Below are positions 1 to 11,260 of a DNA stretch of 64,000 nt, piece by piece. The notes under the pieces are model-generated. The model was not told the DNA's origin. It did not search any database and worked only from the letters and a program-made list of their open reading frames with translations. A program made the translations under genes and the position numbers. The stretch covers positions 64,001 through 128,000 of the forward strand of contig CAWJZV010000026.1 in the NCBI GenBank assembly GCA_963847445.1, in the 5' to 3' direction. The stretch's first letter is position 1. Every line of letters starts with the position of its first letter. This DNA comes from an uncultured delta proteobacterium (lineage in GTDB: Bacteria > Desulfobacterota > Binatia > UBA9968).

Positions 1-37
1 TATCTTCGACTTCGATCAAGTTTGAGGTGAGGTTCAT
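1..37 (-). CDS. 5' end of a gene running off the window (MNLTSNLIEVED...)
   Basis: ATG at 37 on minus strand, open to window edge, AGGAG upstream; only 12 codons visible. Confidence 0.3.
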   Translation of the reverse strand, partial: MNLTSNLIEVED

Positions 38-154
38 AGCTTCTTCATGCTCCTGACGTATCGATATGCTAATTTCCGATGTAAAAAAAGAGCAAACTTG
101 GCGGCACTCTGGCTATCACGGTGTGACACTGGAGGAACGACTAAATCGGAGAAA

Positions 155-232
155 CGGTGGATATCGGCGCCGCGCCTCCACCCACCCCACGCCCGAATCC
201 CGTAGGATGGGTGGAGCCCAGCGATACCCATC
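155..232. repeat. Back-to-back REP pair downstream of RAYT
   Basis: CGGTGGATATCGGCG..CGCCTCCACCCACCCCAC (155-190) and GTAGGATGGGTGGAGC..AGCGATACCCATC (202-232); same two sequences recur at 818-1084. Confidence 0.9.
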
Positions 233-241
233 GTCCGAAAA

Positions 242-775
242 TCAGCGCTCGCCAAACCCCGCACCGTCATTCGCACCATCCCCGCCCCAATCGAGTGGAT
301 ACAATCCAAGCCGCACAAATCGCTGGAACGAGGAATGTGGCCACGCGCTGATACGCGACACATGCCGATGTTTCACCGGATTGAAATGAATGTAATCGCA
401 GTGACGGGCGAAATCGTTTTCATCGCGCAGCGTGTGCTCCCAAAACCGTCGTTGCCAAATTCCACGCTCACCTTTGGCAACGCGGCTAGGTGAACGGCGC
501 TCGCCGGCGCCAGTTTGTTTCGAGAAGTCCGTCTTGATCAAGCGCCATCGCGTGGCGAAATCGGCGTCGTCCGAAGGCAACGTCCAGATGCAATGTAAGT
601 GCTCCGGTAACACTACGACCGCCTCGGTGGTGAACGGATGACGTCGCGCAACAAATCGAAACGCCGATCGAAGCAAAGCAATTTTATCCGTGAGCAAGTG
701 TGATCGGCGATCGGCGAGATTGACTGTGAAGAAATAACTCCCGCCCGGAACAAAATTACGCCGGTAGTCCGCCAC
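242..775 (-). mobile_element. rayT: REP-associated tyrosine transposase (RAYT / TnpA-REP, HUH Y1 family), 177 aa from GTG at 775
   Basis: YRRNFVPGGSYFFTVN, LPEHLHCIW (HUH), IWQRRFWEH, YIHFNPVKH motifs; flanked by GTAG-headed palindromes. Confidence 0.95.
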
Positions 776-817
776 GGCGGGAAGATAGAATGGAATTACG
801 CCCCGATGCAATCGAAA

Positions 818-1084
818 CGGTGGGTATCGGCGTATGACGCCTCCACCCACCCTACATCCGAATCCCGTAGGATGGGTGGAGCACAGCGATACCCATCGTC
901 GGTCATGCGCAGCAACGGTTAGCTTCACGATCAAGTTCAAATAGTAGCCACAACTGCCGCACCACGCTTCGTGCGTGAATCGAAGACTCGGTGGGTATCG
1001 GCGCCGGGCGCCTCCACCCACCCTACGTTGAAACAAACTCCCGACCCGTTCGCGTAGGATGGGTGGAGCAAAGCGATACCCATC
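818..1084. repeat. Four REPs of two alternating types upstream of RAYT
   Basis: Reverse type B at 818-855 and 989-1026 (end in CCCTAC); forward type A at 867-897 and 1054-1084 (start GTAGGATGGGTGGAGC). Confidence 0.92.
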
Positions 1085-1178
1085 ATCCGCCGAATTCTCG
1101 CGACGCTGTTGAGCAATACCGCCGATTTCTGATACTGATAATGGATAAAATAATTTAACTGAAAGCAGGCAGCAACTC

Positions 1179-2261
1179 ATGCGTATCATCGACGCCGACG
1201 GTCATGTATTGGAACGGGATATCCCCTGGGCGGATTTACTCGAAGCGCCCTACCGCGATCGCGCCCCGAGAGCGGTCAAGGACAATCGCGGCTTCACCTT
1301 CGTCATGATGGAAGGCAAACTGACGCCCAAGCCGGTGGGTAAAGCGTGCAGCTTCGTCGGCGCGCCGCGCAGCCATAGTCCCCAGGCCACCACCGGCATG
1401 ACCGATCCGGTGCAGCGTCTCAAAGACATGGATCTCGAAGGCATCGACACCGCGGTGCTGTTCGGCACCTCGCCGTTTTTGAGCTTGCCCTTCGTCGAGG
1501 ATAAAGACTTGGCCTCCGCCGTCGCTCGCGTCTACAACAACTGGCTCGCCGGATACTGCAATGCGGACAATCGCAGACTCAAGGGCGTCGCCGCGGTCGC
1601 CATCCAAGATCCCGCCGAAGCGGTGAAAGAGTTGCGGCGCGCGGTCGAAGAGCTGAAGTTTGTCGCCGTCGCCACGCCGCCGATTTCGGCGTCGAAGAAA
1701 AATCTCGACGATCCCGATCTCCATCCGTTCTTCGCCGAGGCCGAAAGATTGAACGTGCCGGTGTGCATCCATGTCGGCGCCGGCGACGGCGTGCCGGCGG
1801 CCACCGAGCGCTTCGATCATCCGCTCTACAGCCACGCCATGGCCCATCCCTTCGAGCAGATGATCGCCTCCCTCTGCGTCGTCTGCGGCGGCATGCTCGA
1901 GCGCTTTCCCAAACTGAAATTCGCCTTCATGGAAGCCGGCTGCGGCTGGGTGCCCTACTGGATGGAGCGATTGGACGAGCACTACGAAATCCTCCAGCCC
2001 ACCGTGCCCTGGCTCACCAAGCCGCCGAGCGAGTATATGAAGAGCGGCCAGATGTTTTACGCCTTCGAGATGGAAGAGAAAATGCTGCCCTATGTCGCCG
2101 ATTTTGTCGGCGAAGAACGGTTAGTCTTCGCCACCGACTACAACCACAGCGATTCCAAATTCCCCCATACGGTGGAAGAAGTGATGGAGCGCAAAGATTT
2201 GACCGATGGATTGAAGGCCAAAATCATGGGCGAGAACGCGGCGAAGCTGTATAGCTTGTAG
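1179..2261 (+). CDS. Amidohydrolase_2 family metal-dependent hydrolase/decarboxylase
   Basis: IIDADGH, MDLEGID, VCIHVG, FMEAGCGW, FATDYNH, GENAAKLY motifs. Confidence 0.9.
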   Translation: MRIIDADGHVLERDIPWADLLEAPYRDRAPRAVKDNRGFTFVMMEGKLTPKPVGKACSFVGAPRSHSPQATTGMTDPVQRLKDMDLEGIDTAVLFGTSPFLSLPFVEDKDLASAVARVYNNWLAGYCNADNRRLKGVAAVAIQDPAEAVKELRRAVEELKFVAVATPPISASKKNLDDPDLHPFFAEAERLNVPVCIHVGAGDGVPAATERFDHPLYSHAMAHPFEQMIASLCVVCGGMLERFPKLKFAFMEAGCGWVPYWMERLDEHYEILQPTVPWLTKPPSEYMKSGQMFYAFEMEEKMLPYVADFVGEERLVFATDYNHSDSKFPHTVEEVMERKDLTDGLKAKIMGENAAKLYSL

Positions 2262-2344
2262 CCCCGCAGTGCGCGCAGCTGAATTATCGCATTTGCCCGG
2301 CGCGCGCAAATATTGTTGCCACAGAATCACCCGTCACCACGCCA

Positions 2345-2449
2345 GGGCGTATGCCATACGCCCCTACATGCGGATTTCCTCTTGGAGATTTTATTGCGCC
2401 CCCTTGCGTTGCGATCGCCCTGAGCACCGTCGAAGGGTGCGGCCAATCC
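2345..2449. repeat. Composite intergenic palindromes between convergent genes
   Basis: GGGCGTATGCCATACGCCCCTAC REP (relatives at 7317 and 37125) then TTGCGCC..TTGCG..TGCGGCCAAT interrupted by CCCTGAGCACCGTCGAAGGG. Confidence 0.7.
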
Positions 2450-2459
2450 TATTCGTTTC

Positions 2460-3455
2460 CTACCGGCCCAACTCCTGCGCCACTTGGCGCGTCAGGGTGA
2501 AATCCGCCAGCTCCGCCGGCTTCATGGTGATTTTCATTTTGCTCTGTTCGGCGATGCGGTTGAGTTCGACCTGCACTTCTTGATCGGTGAGCGAGAGTAC
2601 TGGATTGAGCGTTTCCATGATCGCGTCGTAGACCGCTTCCGACACATCTTTGTCCATCTTGTATTGATTCATGATGAACTGCACGGTTTCGCTCTTCCGA
2701 GTACGAGCGAAGTCCACCGCGCGGAATACCGCGCGGATGGCGCGGCGCAGCTTCGGCGTTTCTTTTTCCAGCTTCTCCTTGGTCGTTACCAACCCGGTGG
2801 TGGGCGAGACCGGGATCACGTCGCTGGTCTTCACCAGATCGCGATAGCCCATCCGTTTGGCGAGGATGCTGTAGGGCGGCGTCAGCGCCACCGCCGGCAT
2901 GCTGCCCTGCTGCAAGGTGAGAAAACCGTTGGCGACATCGCCGGTGGAAACCAACTGGACGTCTTTATCGACGCCGGATGGCTTCAAGGCTTCGAGCACT
3001 TGGTAGAACTGCGTGCCCCAGTTACCGCCGACGCCGATCATCTTGCCGCGCAGGTCTTCGACTCGCTGAATATTTTTCTGCGCCATGATCCACAGGTCAG
3101 CCTTCTTGGTGATGTTGAGGATCATTTTCAGCGGCGCGCCGTTGACCGCTGCGCGCATCGCCGAGCCGCCCGCCGTGGTGAAATCGATACTGCCGGTGAC
3201 CAACGCCGCGATGCCGGTGTTGGTGCGCATGACGATGATCTCCGAACTCAACCCTTCACGGCTGAAGAATCCTTCTTTCGCCGCCAGATGCACCGGCCAG
3301 GACGCCAGGCCGGGAGATGAGGGAGATATGCGGAGCTTCTCCTGCGCCGGGGCAGATTGCGCGAATAATGCGCAGGTCACGCCAAAAACCAGAAGCCAAC
3401 ACTGCGACAACCAAAACCTAAGCGCGAATCCAAAACCCATTACTCCGAACACCAT
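2460..3455 (-). CDS. NMT1/SsuA-like ABC substrate-binding protein (start uncertain)
   Basis: Signal peptide ending APA-QEK, KEGFFSREGL, DLRGKMIGV motifs. Confidence 0.85.
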   Translation of the reverse strand: MVFGVMGFGFALRFWLSQCWLLVFGVTCALFAQSAPAQEKLRISPSSPGLASWPVHLAAKEGFFSREGLSSEIIVMRTNTGIAALVTGSIDFTTAGGSAMRAAVNGAPLKMILNITKKADLWIMAQKNIQRVEDLRGKMIGVGGNWGTQFYQVLEALKPSGVDKDVQLVSTGDVANGFLTLQQGSMPAVALTPPYSILAKRMGYRDLVKTSDVIPVSPTTGLVTTKEKLEKETPKLRRAIRAVFRAVDFARTRKSETVQFIMNQYKMDKDVSEAVYDAIMETLNPVLSLTDQEVQVELNRIAEQSKMKITMKPAELADFTLTRQVAQELGR

Positions 3456-3476
3456 TACTCCATCACCGCAACTCTC

Positions 3477-4488
3477 CTACAGCCCGTACAGCACCTTGGC
3501 ATTGTCGTAGAGAATCTTATCGATGATGCGCGGCTCGACTTCGCCCTTGGTCTTGATCGCGCGCAGCGCGTCGATCTCGGACGACGTGTCGTTGTGGCCG
3601 TAGTCGGAGCCGATGATGATGTTATCCTCGCCGGAGTACTTGAGCACTTGCGGCAGGTCGTCGTCGGTCTGACAAGTCACCCAGACATGATTGTCGCGAA
3701 TCAGATTACGCGCCACCGAGTTGTCGGCGCGCTCGAAGCGCCGGGCGATCTCGATGGCCATGTAGGGGATCCACTGGGCGCGCACTTCGATGAAAGCGAA
3801 CTTCAGATTGGGAAATCTTTTCGGAATGCCGTCGTGGACAATGGAGTGAAAACCCGACAACACCGGCGCTTTGAAGCGCATGAAGCCGCTCTCGCCGTCA
3901 AACATTTCCATCCAATCGAAGTTACCGGTGGAGGCATGCACGCAAACCGGCAGGGCGGCTTTTTCCGCGGCGGCATAAATGGGGAAGAAAGCGGGATTGC
4001 TCAAGCGCTTGTCGTCGATCATGCCGCGCAAAAAGATGCCGCAGGCGCCGTTGGCTCTGGCGAATTCGATCTCCGCCACCGTGCTCGGGATGTCGATGAC
4101 CGGAACTTGGGCTATCCATTCGAGACGGCCTTCGCTCTTTTTGCACACGTCGATCACCCATTGGTTGTAGCTCCGGCAGATGGCGTTCTCGACCTCAGCT
4201 TTAACGGTGAGCGGCCGGAGAAACAGCGACGGGTAGAGCACTTGAACGTCGATCTCCAACTCGTCCATATGTTTGAGCCGGCCTTTGATATCGCGCATCT
4301 CGCAGATATCGAGGCGGCAGGCCTTTGTCGAGATTGACGCCGCGGTGAAACACCCGCCCGTCGACCAGCCAGTTCTGCGGCCGGCCACCGCCGGGCGAGA
4401 TCAAGTACGGGCGGAACTTTTCGTTCTCGATATAGGACCAGGTTTGTTCACACTCGATGACATGAGCATCGGCATCGATCGTTGGCAT
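3477..4488 (-). CDS. Amidohydrolase_2 family protein (one +1 frameshift near 4313)
   Basis: MPTIDADAH in one frame, MDELEIDVQVLYP, CVHAS, GSDYGH, DNAKVLYGL in the next. Confidence 0.88.
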
Positions 4489-4645
4489 GGCAAGCCTCCA
4501 GACGGGAGTTGTATTGGTCGACAAATTAACTCTATTGCCGGCCGAGCGTCAAATAGATCGGCGGGTAACGCGCCGGGGAATTGAATTGCCTGGCGCCATT
4601 TTCGTCCAAAATGCTGGTATAATTGTAATCCACGGGAGGCAGACA

Positions 4646-5237
4646 ATGAGAGCAATAAGGCGACTATCGATGGTCCTGGCGCTGGCTTTTTTTACCCTGG
4701 CGGGCTGCCATGAAGCGGGTCATATCGACCTCCCAGGGAACTATGGCTCGGCGGCCAATGAAATCGTCGGCGAAGTGATCAATGTCGATAGCCGCAGCCG
4801 GCAGATCGAGATCCGTGCCGACTCAGGCCGCACTTCGATGATTCGCTACGATAACAACACCCAAGTGCTATACCGCCAACGCACCTACCCAGTGGCCAAC
4901 TTGGAGCGCGGCGATTACGTCGCGGCGCGTGTCCAGCAAGACCGCGACGGCCGCTACTCCACCAACACGATCAGCGTGCGCGAGTCGGCACAGGACCGCG
5001 GCACTGTCGGCGGTAGCCGCCTGGATCGAATCGAAGGACGGGTCGAGTATGTCGACAGCGGTCGCGGCACTTTCGAGCTACGCGATTCGCGCAACCGGCT
5101 GGTCGTCGTGGCGGTCGAACTTCAACGCACCCAAGGCGGTCACCGACCGGTTCAACCGTTTGAGAAACGGCGACCAGGTGCGCATCGAAGGACGCTCGGT
5201 GAGCGTCGACCGTTTCGATTTGGCAAGTTTCTTATAA
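4646..5237 (+). CDS. Lipoprotein with two tandem OB-fold-like (DUF5666-like) repeats (+1 frameshift near 5118)
   Basis: GGGAGG RBS, lipobox LAGC, repeats IVGEVINVD..LERGDYV and IEGRVEYVD..LRNGDQV. Confidence 0.75.
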
Positions 5238-5457
5238 ATCCCGCCCAGAACGAAACGCTCCATGTGCCGCGTCAGTGCCCGGCGCGCGGAGCGTTAATTG
5301 ATGACAACCCGCCCGCCCATATCGCTCTTCCATTGAACCGGCGAGTGAGTTAATAGAGCTTGTGCAGTAACTATTACATCAAGGGATTTAAACATCCTTC
5401 GGCTACGAGCCGAGAGATTCTAGACAGTGTCCACTTGAAGTCGACTCTCAGTTAATC

Positions 5458-5567
5458 GTCATTCCCGCGCACGCGGGAATCCAGGTGACCGACACTGTCC
5501 GTCATACCGTTGAAAAACGGTATCCAGGTGGATGATGGGCCTGGATTCCCGCCTGCGCGGGAATGAC
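5458..5567. repeat. GTCATTCCCGCG..GCGGGAATCCA inverted repeat element (dRS3-like architecture)
   Basis: GTCATTCCCGCGCACGCGGGAATCCAGG ... CCTGGATTCCCGCCTGCGCGGGAATGAC with a degenerate third unit at 5501-5528; another copy at 15206-15272. Confidence 0.85.
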
Positions 5568-5610
5568 GGAAAAGAAACAATCAACTTGCTGAAGTGAGCG
5601 AAAAAACTTC

Positions 5611-7241
5611 ATGAGCCAAGCCCCATCGGCAGACAAACGCATCCCCGTGCTCATCGCCGGCGCCGGCCCGGTCGGGTTAGCCCTTGCCATCGAGCTTGCC
5701 TACCGTGGCATTCGCTGCCTGGTGGTCGAACAGAGCGATGGCTCGGTGGATTTTCCGACGACGAATCTCGCCAACACGCGCACCTGCGAGCACCTGCGCC
5801 GCTGGGGCTTCGCCGACCGCATGCGCTTCGAGTCGGGCTATCCGACCGACTACCCGCGCAATTATTTGTTCGTCACGCGCATGGACGGCTTCGAGATCGC
5901 CCGCTTCGATCATCCGGCCAACGGCGCGCCCGAGTCGCGTTCGCCGTACAGCCCCGAAGGACGGCTGTGGATTTCCAAGCCCTACTTCGATCCGGTCTTG
6001 CGCCAACATGCCTCGGCCTTGCCGCAGGTTGAAGTCCGCTATTTAACGGAGTTCAAATCCTTCGAGCAGAGCGCCGACAAGGTTGTCGCAACTGTCGCCG
6101 ACGTCAATTCCGGCCAAGAAGAAACCATCGAAGCCGACTATCTGGCCGGCTGCGACGGCGGCCGCAGCAACATCCGGCGCGCCCTCGGAATAAAGTACGA
6201 AGGCGTGTTTTCCCAAGGCATGAACGTCGCCGTGCTGTTCCGCTCGCCCTTGCTGAAAATGATCATCGCATGGACCGGCGGTGCAGTATCAGATCATCAA
6301 CGCGCAGATCAACGGCGCCATCGCCGCCGTCGACGGCAAAGAGCTGTGGCGTTTGAACGTGCGCAACGTCCTGCAGGAACAGATCGATAGTTTGAACGCG
6401 CCGGAAAAGATCCGCGCCGCGCTCGGACCGGATATTCCATTCGAATTGCTCGCCGTGCGGCCATGGACCGGCCACTGCGTGGTTGCCGACAGCTATCAGC
6501 AAGGCCGGGTCTTTCTCGCCGGCGATGCCGCGCACTTGAACTGGCCGGCCGGCGGCTTCGGCATGAACACCGGCGTCGGCGACGCCGTCGACATCGGCTG
6601 GAAGTTCGCCGCCGTGCTGCAAGGCTGGGGCGGCGCGAATTTGTTGCAATAGTTACACGGCGGAACGAAAACCGATCGCCATGATCAACGTCAACGAAGC
6701 CGCCGAGATGCGCGCCAACTTCGACAACCAAACGCCATTCTCACCGAAGATCGGCGAAGACAGCGACGAAGGCAAAGCGCTGCGCGACAAAGCCCGCGCC
6801 GCGATCATGCGCACCCGCGCCAAAGAATTTCAGCATGACTCCGCCGGCATCGAGCTGGGCTACCGCTACGAAAACTCGCCGATCTGCGTCGCCGACGGCA
6901 CACCAGCGCCCGAGCTCGACCACGGCCTCTACGTGCCCTCCACTTGGCCCGGCGCCCGCGCGCCCCATGCCTGGCTCAAAGACGGCCGCTCGACGCTGGA
7001 TTTGTTCGGCAAAAGTTTTGTCCTGTTGAATTTCTCCGGCACCAAGACGAGCACGATCACGGATTCGGCCCAGCGAGTCGGATTGCCATTGGAAGTCGTG
7101 AACATTGACGAACCGAAGGTGCGCGAAATTTATGAGCGCGATTTAGTGCTAGTCCGCCCCGACGGCCACGTGGCTTGGCGCGGTGACGCTATCCCGGCAA
7201 ACGTGAGCGAAGTCATCGACGAAGTACGCGGCGCAGCATGA
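5611..7241 (+). CDS. FAD-dependent aromatic monooxygenase (PheA/TfdB, FAD_binding_3); +1 frameshifts near 6265 and 6648
   Basis: GAGPVG, GCDGGRS, FLAGDAAH..GGFGMNTG, PGARAPH, LVRPDGHVAWRG motifs spread over three frames. Confidence 0.9.
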
Positions 7242-7265
7242 CAGAGTACAATGGTCGCAAACTGC

Positions 7266-7378
7266 TCCGACCTCCTTCCCCTCGACGGGGAAGAATTGAG
7301 GAAGGGGTGAACTATTGTAGGGGCGTATTGCATACGCCCTCCGGCATCCCCATCTCGAATCTTCTCTCGTCAAGGAAG
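7266..7378. repeat. CCTTCCCC..GGGGAAG palindrome pair with nested GTAG REP
   Basis: CTTCCCCTCGACGGGGAAG..GGGGTG, GTAGGGGCGTATTGCATACGCCC at 7317, CCCCATCTCGAATCTTCTCTCGTCAAGGAAG. Confidence 0.7.
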
Positions 7379-7396
7379 CAATAAAGTCCAAATCCT

Positions 7397-8396
7397 ATGA
7401 ACCGAATAATTCAAAACCTTTTACTAACCATAATGTTGATCGGCGCGTTTGCATCTCCCGCCCCGGCCGCCACTAAAGTATCCTTTCCCTACACGCCCAA
7501 TCGGCGTCGCCAGTTGGCCCTGGTGGATCGCCAAGGATGCCGGCTACTTCGAGAAACATGGCCTCGACGTCGACATGATCTACGTCGGCGCCTCGCCGGT
7601 GATCGTCCAGGCCATGCTCGGCGGCCAGGCTGGCGTCGGCGCCGGCGGCGGCACGCCGCTGGTCACCAACGTGCTGCAAGGCGGCGATGTCGTTCAGGTC
7701 GCCACCATGGTCCCCTACGCGATTCAGTCCTTGATCGTCCGTTCCGATATCAAAACCACCAAGGAACTTACCGGCAAAAAGATCGGCGTCAGCCGTTTGG
7801 GCGCGATCCCGCACTTCACCTTGCAGGCGATCACCAAGCTCTACAACGTCCAAGGCGTCAACGTCGTCCAGACCGGCACCACCGCCCAAGGCGTGGCGAG
7901 TTTATCCCAAGGCCTGATCGACGGCGTCATCACCTCCGCGCCCAACACCTTTCGTCTGATGAAAGACGGCTACCGCGAGTTGGTCAGCCCGAAGGATTTT
8001 CGCAAACTGAACTTTGAATTCTTGATCAACGGCCTGGTCGCCCGCCGCTCCTTCGGCGCCAAGAATCGCGAGATCGTCATCGGCATGATCAAAGCGACCA
8101 TGGAAGGCACCAAGAGAATGTTCACCGACGAAAAATACTCGAAGGCGATCCTCGCCAAATACACCCGCCAATCCGAAACCGAAGTCCTCGACCAAAGCTA
8201 CCGCTTCGCCCTCGACATCTACGTCAAAGACCCGACGGTGACAGCGAGTTCGATCCAACCCATCGTCCAACAAGCCGCCGAGTGGAATCAGATCGACGCC
8301 AAGCTCGCGGCGTCGACACCGACCAGCGCGTACTACGACAACAGCTACATCGAGGAGATCAAGAAGTCGGGGTTCTTTGCGCAGTTGTGGAGGTAA
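7397..8396 (+). CDS. NMT1/SsuA-like substrate-binding protein (+1 frameshift near 7498)
   Basis: Signal peptide MNRIIQNLLL..APA, AKDAGYFEKHGLDV, ELTGKKIGVSRLG, C-terminal IEEIKKSGFF. Confidence 0.88.
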
Positions 8397-8956
8397 GGCC
8401 GACAGGGGTGCGAGAGAATATGCTAACCTGGCTGGTATTGTAGATGATTGCACCAGCGTACGGGAGCATGATTGCCGGATACGACCATGGCAAAACTACG
8501 TAACGAGCATCCGGTCATCACCGCATCGCATTGTTTCAGAAGTCAAGTAACGGCACTACTCATCGCAAGACGGAAAGCCAAGCGTCCGACGAAATTGCCA
8601 TCGCGCAGCGGTTGCCGACTTCCTCAGCCGAAATTTGACCTAGCGATGCATGCTAGACGGTTCGTTGAGCATTATCTCAGTTATGACTGCCAACCAATGA
8701 CGGGAATGAGTTCGACTAAGGAACTGCGCGGCCTGAGTTCGCGCCGCCGTTCGGCTTCGTCGCCGAGAATCGCTGAGATCGAATATCTCGCTATGAGCAG
8801 AAAGGACGCGCAGCCTGACAATAGGGCAAGCCGTTCCTCGACGAGACGTGCTGGCTTAGAGTACCAGACAACGCGTGAACAAGAAATAGCTTAGGTCCAT
8901 CATAACAAATACGAAGATCCCGAAGTGAAGATCAGAAGCTCCGTAAGAGTCCGCTC

Positions 8957-9379
8957 GTGGCTATTTCCGCGATTGAGGAAAGCGGTGAAGACGATCCCTA
9001 CGTTCGTGAATCGTGGCCCGTTGAGTCCTTCGACTTCGACAGTTCGCCAATCGGAGCGATTGCCTTGCTAGCGCGACCGGCTACGAATCAGAAGGTACTG
9101 TTGATAAAGTCATATGGCGAAGCATTTCCGTTCTTCGGTGCAGCTGGGCAAGCTTGTTCCCACGCATTGGCCTTCCAGTCTCCGGGAGCTGTTGCTCGGC
9201 TCTGCGCAACGCTGGCCGCTATCAACTCTTACGAGCGTGGCTCTCGCCATCAGGAAGGAGTTCGAGAAATGGAAGAAACTTGGGTTATCCCGTCGCCAGC
9301 TGCGGAGACGCTCGAAATCGATGAGTTGAAGATAAGTGCCGCGGCATTGGTCGCGTTTTTGGCATCTTCGGGGCTTTAG
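8957..9379 (+). CDS. Hypothetical protein or fragment inside a compositionally atypical region
   Basis: 140-aa ORF with protein-like composition but no recognisable motif; codon usage unlike neighbours. Confidence 0.3.
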   Translation: MAISAIEESGEDDPYVRESWPVESFDFDSSPIGAIALLARPATNQKVLLIKSYGEAFPFFGAAGQACSHALAFQSPGAVARLCATLAAINSYERGSRHQEGVREMEETWVIPSPAAETLEIDELKISAAALVAFLASSGL

Positions 9380-10079
9380 GCAATGGTACAGCCTCCGAGA
9401 GTCGACGCAAAAGGCCAAGGATCCAGAACTGTCGGTCGTACAGCTGGAGCTTGTCTAGTTTCAAGACGCCTTCTCAGGAAAGTCGGTGCGAAAAACTATT
9501 TGCGAAAAATGCACCGTTGATGGGTTTATGGTTGTTTCCGAGGAAGGTTGCGGATGCTTCAGCGGCGGTTTGCTGATCAACCGTCTTGCTTCGGGCTTCC
9601 AGCATGTTGGCACGTGAATTCGAAGTGTTTGCTGCGGGCCATCGCGCATTCTGACTGTGGAAAACGCAGGAAGATCGTCTCCGGCAGCTCTGCAGTGCCG
9701 TTGGTTGTGGCGATCACTGACAGTCGGAGAAATCACTCAACTGTACCGTACTGGGACGATGGACTCACCGAGGCCTAGCCGTAAACGAAGCCATTCAAAC
9801 AATCCAGGCGAGTCGCATACGATGAACTCGGGGAGCTTCAGCGTCGACAGGTAATGGAAACACTTGATCTAAGACTGATTGTGAGTCGTCGGTTCAATGG
9901 CAAGCTGGCATTCCAGAGTCAAGGCGAGTGCTGCATTCGCTGTTACGAGAAGTCTGCTTCGAACAGCTCTAAGAGGCTACATTACCGTGAGGAGCATCGC
10001 TCAATGTTACATTGGCAAACAACTCACTTAATCTGTGTCAACCGCATCTGCCGGGGTATAATCGTAATCGAGCCAACCT

Positions 10080-11244
10080 ATGACCCAAGAAACATCTCCA
10101 AATTATCCAAACGCTCCCGCGTCGATCAGGTCGGCAGTCTGCTTCGCCCGCAAACACTCAAAGACGCTTACGCCCGCCATGGCAACGGCGAAATCGGCGA
10201 TGAGCGAATTGACACGGATCCAAGATGAGTCCGTCAAAGAACTCATCGCCAAACAAGAAGCCCACGGCGTATCGATCCTGACCGACGGCGAATATCGCCG
10301 GCTCAACTTTCAAGACAGCTTCGTCGAATCGGTCGCGGGATTTATTCCCAAGAAACAAACCATGCAGTTTCAGGAGAGCCGCACGGTTGGCGGCGAAGCG
10401 TTGCAGCGCTGGGTGCCGGACTCGGGGAAAACCGATCCGGCGATGCAATACTGGCGGCCGATCGCTGAGCGGTTGCGGCTCGCGCGCAATGTGCCGCTGG
10501 AGGAATGGCGATCCGCCTCGGCGCTGACCAAGAAGCCGGTGAAAGTGACGCTCATCGCCACCGACCGCATATGTGAAAACTTCCAGCGCCAGAACGCAGC
10601 CGGAGTTTACGCCAGCGCCGAACAGTATCGTGCCGACGTAATCGCCATCGAGCGCGAGATCGTCAAGCAATTAGCCGAGGCTGGCTGTCCCTACATCCAG
10701 CACGATGCTCCGGCCTACACAGCCTACGTCGACGCCAAGTCACTGGAGCGCATGCGCGGCCTGGGCATCGATCCGATGCGGCAAATGACCCAATCGATTG
10801 AAGCTGACAATGCGGTTATCGATGGGATTATCTGGCGTCACCTTCGGCATCCACCTGTGCCGCGGCAACGTGCGCAGCATGTGGCACCGTGAGGGCGGCT
10901 ACGATGCCATCGCTGAGAAGCTATTCAACAGCCTGCATCACGATCGCCTGCTATTGGAATACGACACCGAGCGCGCCGGCACCTTTGCGCCATTGAGATT
11001 TGTCCCGAAGGATAAAATTGTCGTCCTCGGTTTGGTCAGCAGCAAAGTCCCGGAATTGGAATCGGCGGATGGCTTAAAAAGACGCATCGACGAAGCCAGC
11101 CGCTACATTCCCTTGGAACAACTCGCCCTGAGCCCGCAGTGCGGCTTCTCATCGAACATCGTCGGCAATTTGCTAAGCGAAGACGACCAGTGGCGCAAGC
11201 TTGAACTGATTCAGCAAGTCGCCGCGGACGTTTGGGGAAAGTAG
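10080..11244 (+). CDS. Single-domain cobalamin-independent methionine synthase II-like (core MetE) Zn enzyme, type A; four +1 insertions
   Basis: RVDQVGSLLRP, TDGEYRR, GIHLCRGN, LLEYD, SPQCGF; repaired N-terminus MTKKHLQIIQTLRVDQVG. Confidence 0.88.
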
Positions 11245-11260
11245 AGATTAGAGATATTTA

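Noticed and set aside
776-1189. 138-aa N-terminal extension of RAYT in the 315-aa ORF
   Set aside because: It is translated REP sequence; family similarity begins at GTG 775
6648-6652. TAG read-through (pyrrolysine) in the monooxygenase
   Set aside because: The downstream part is in another frame; removing one base gives LLNSYTAERKP
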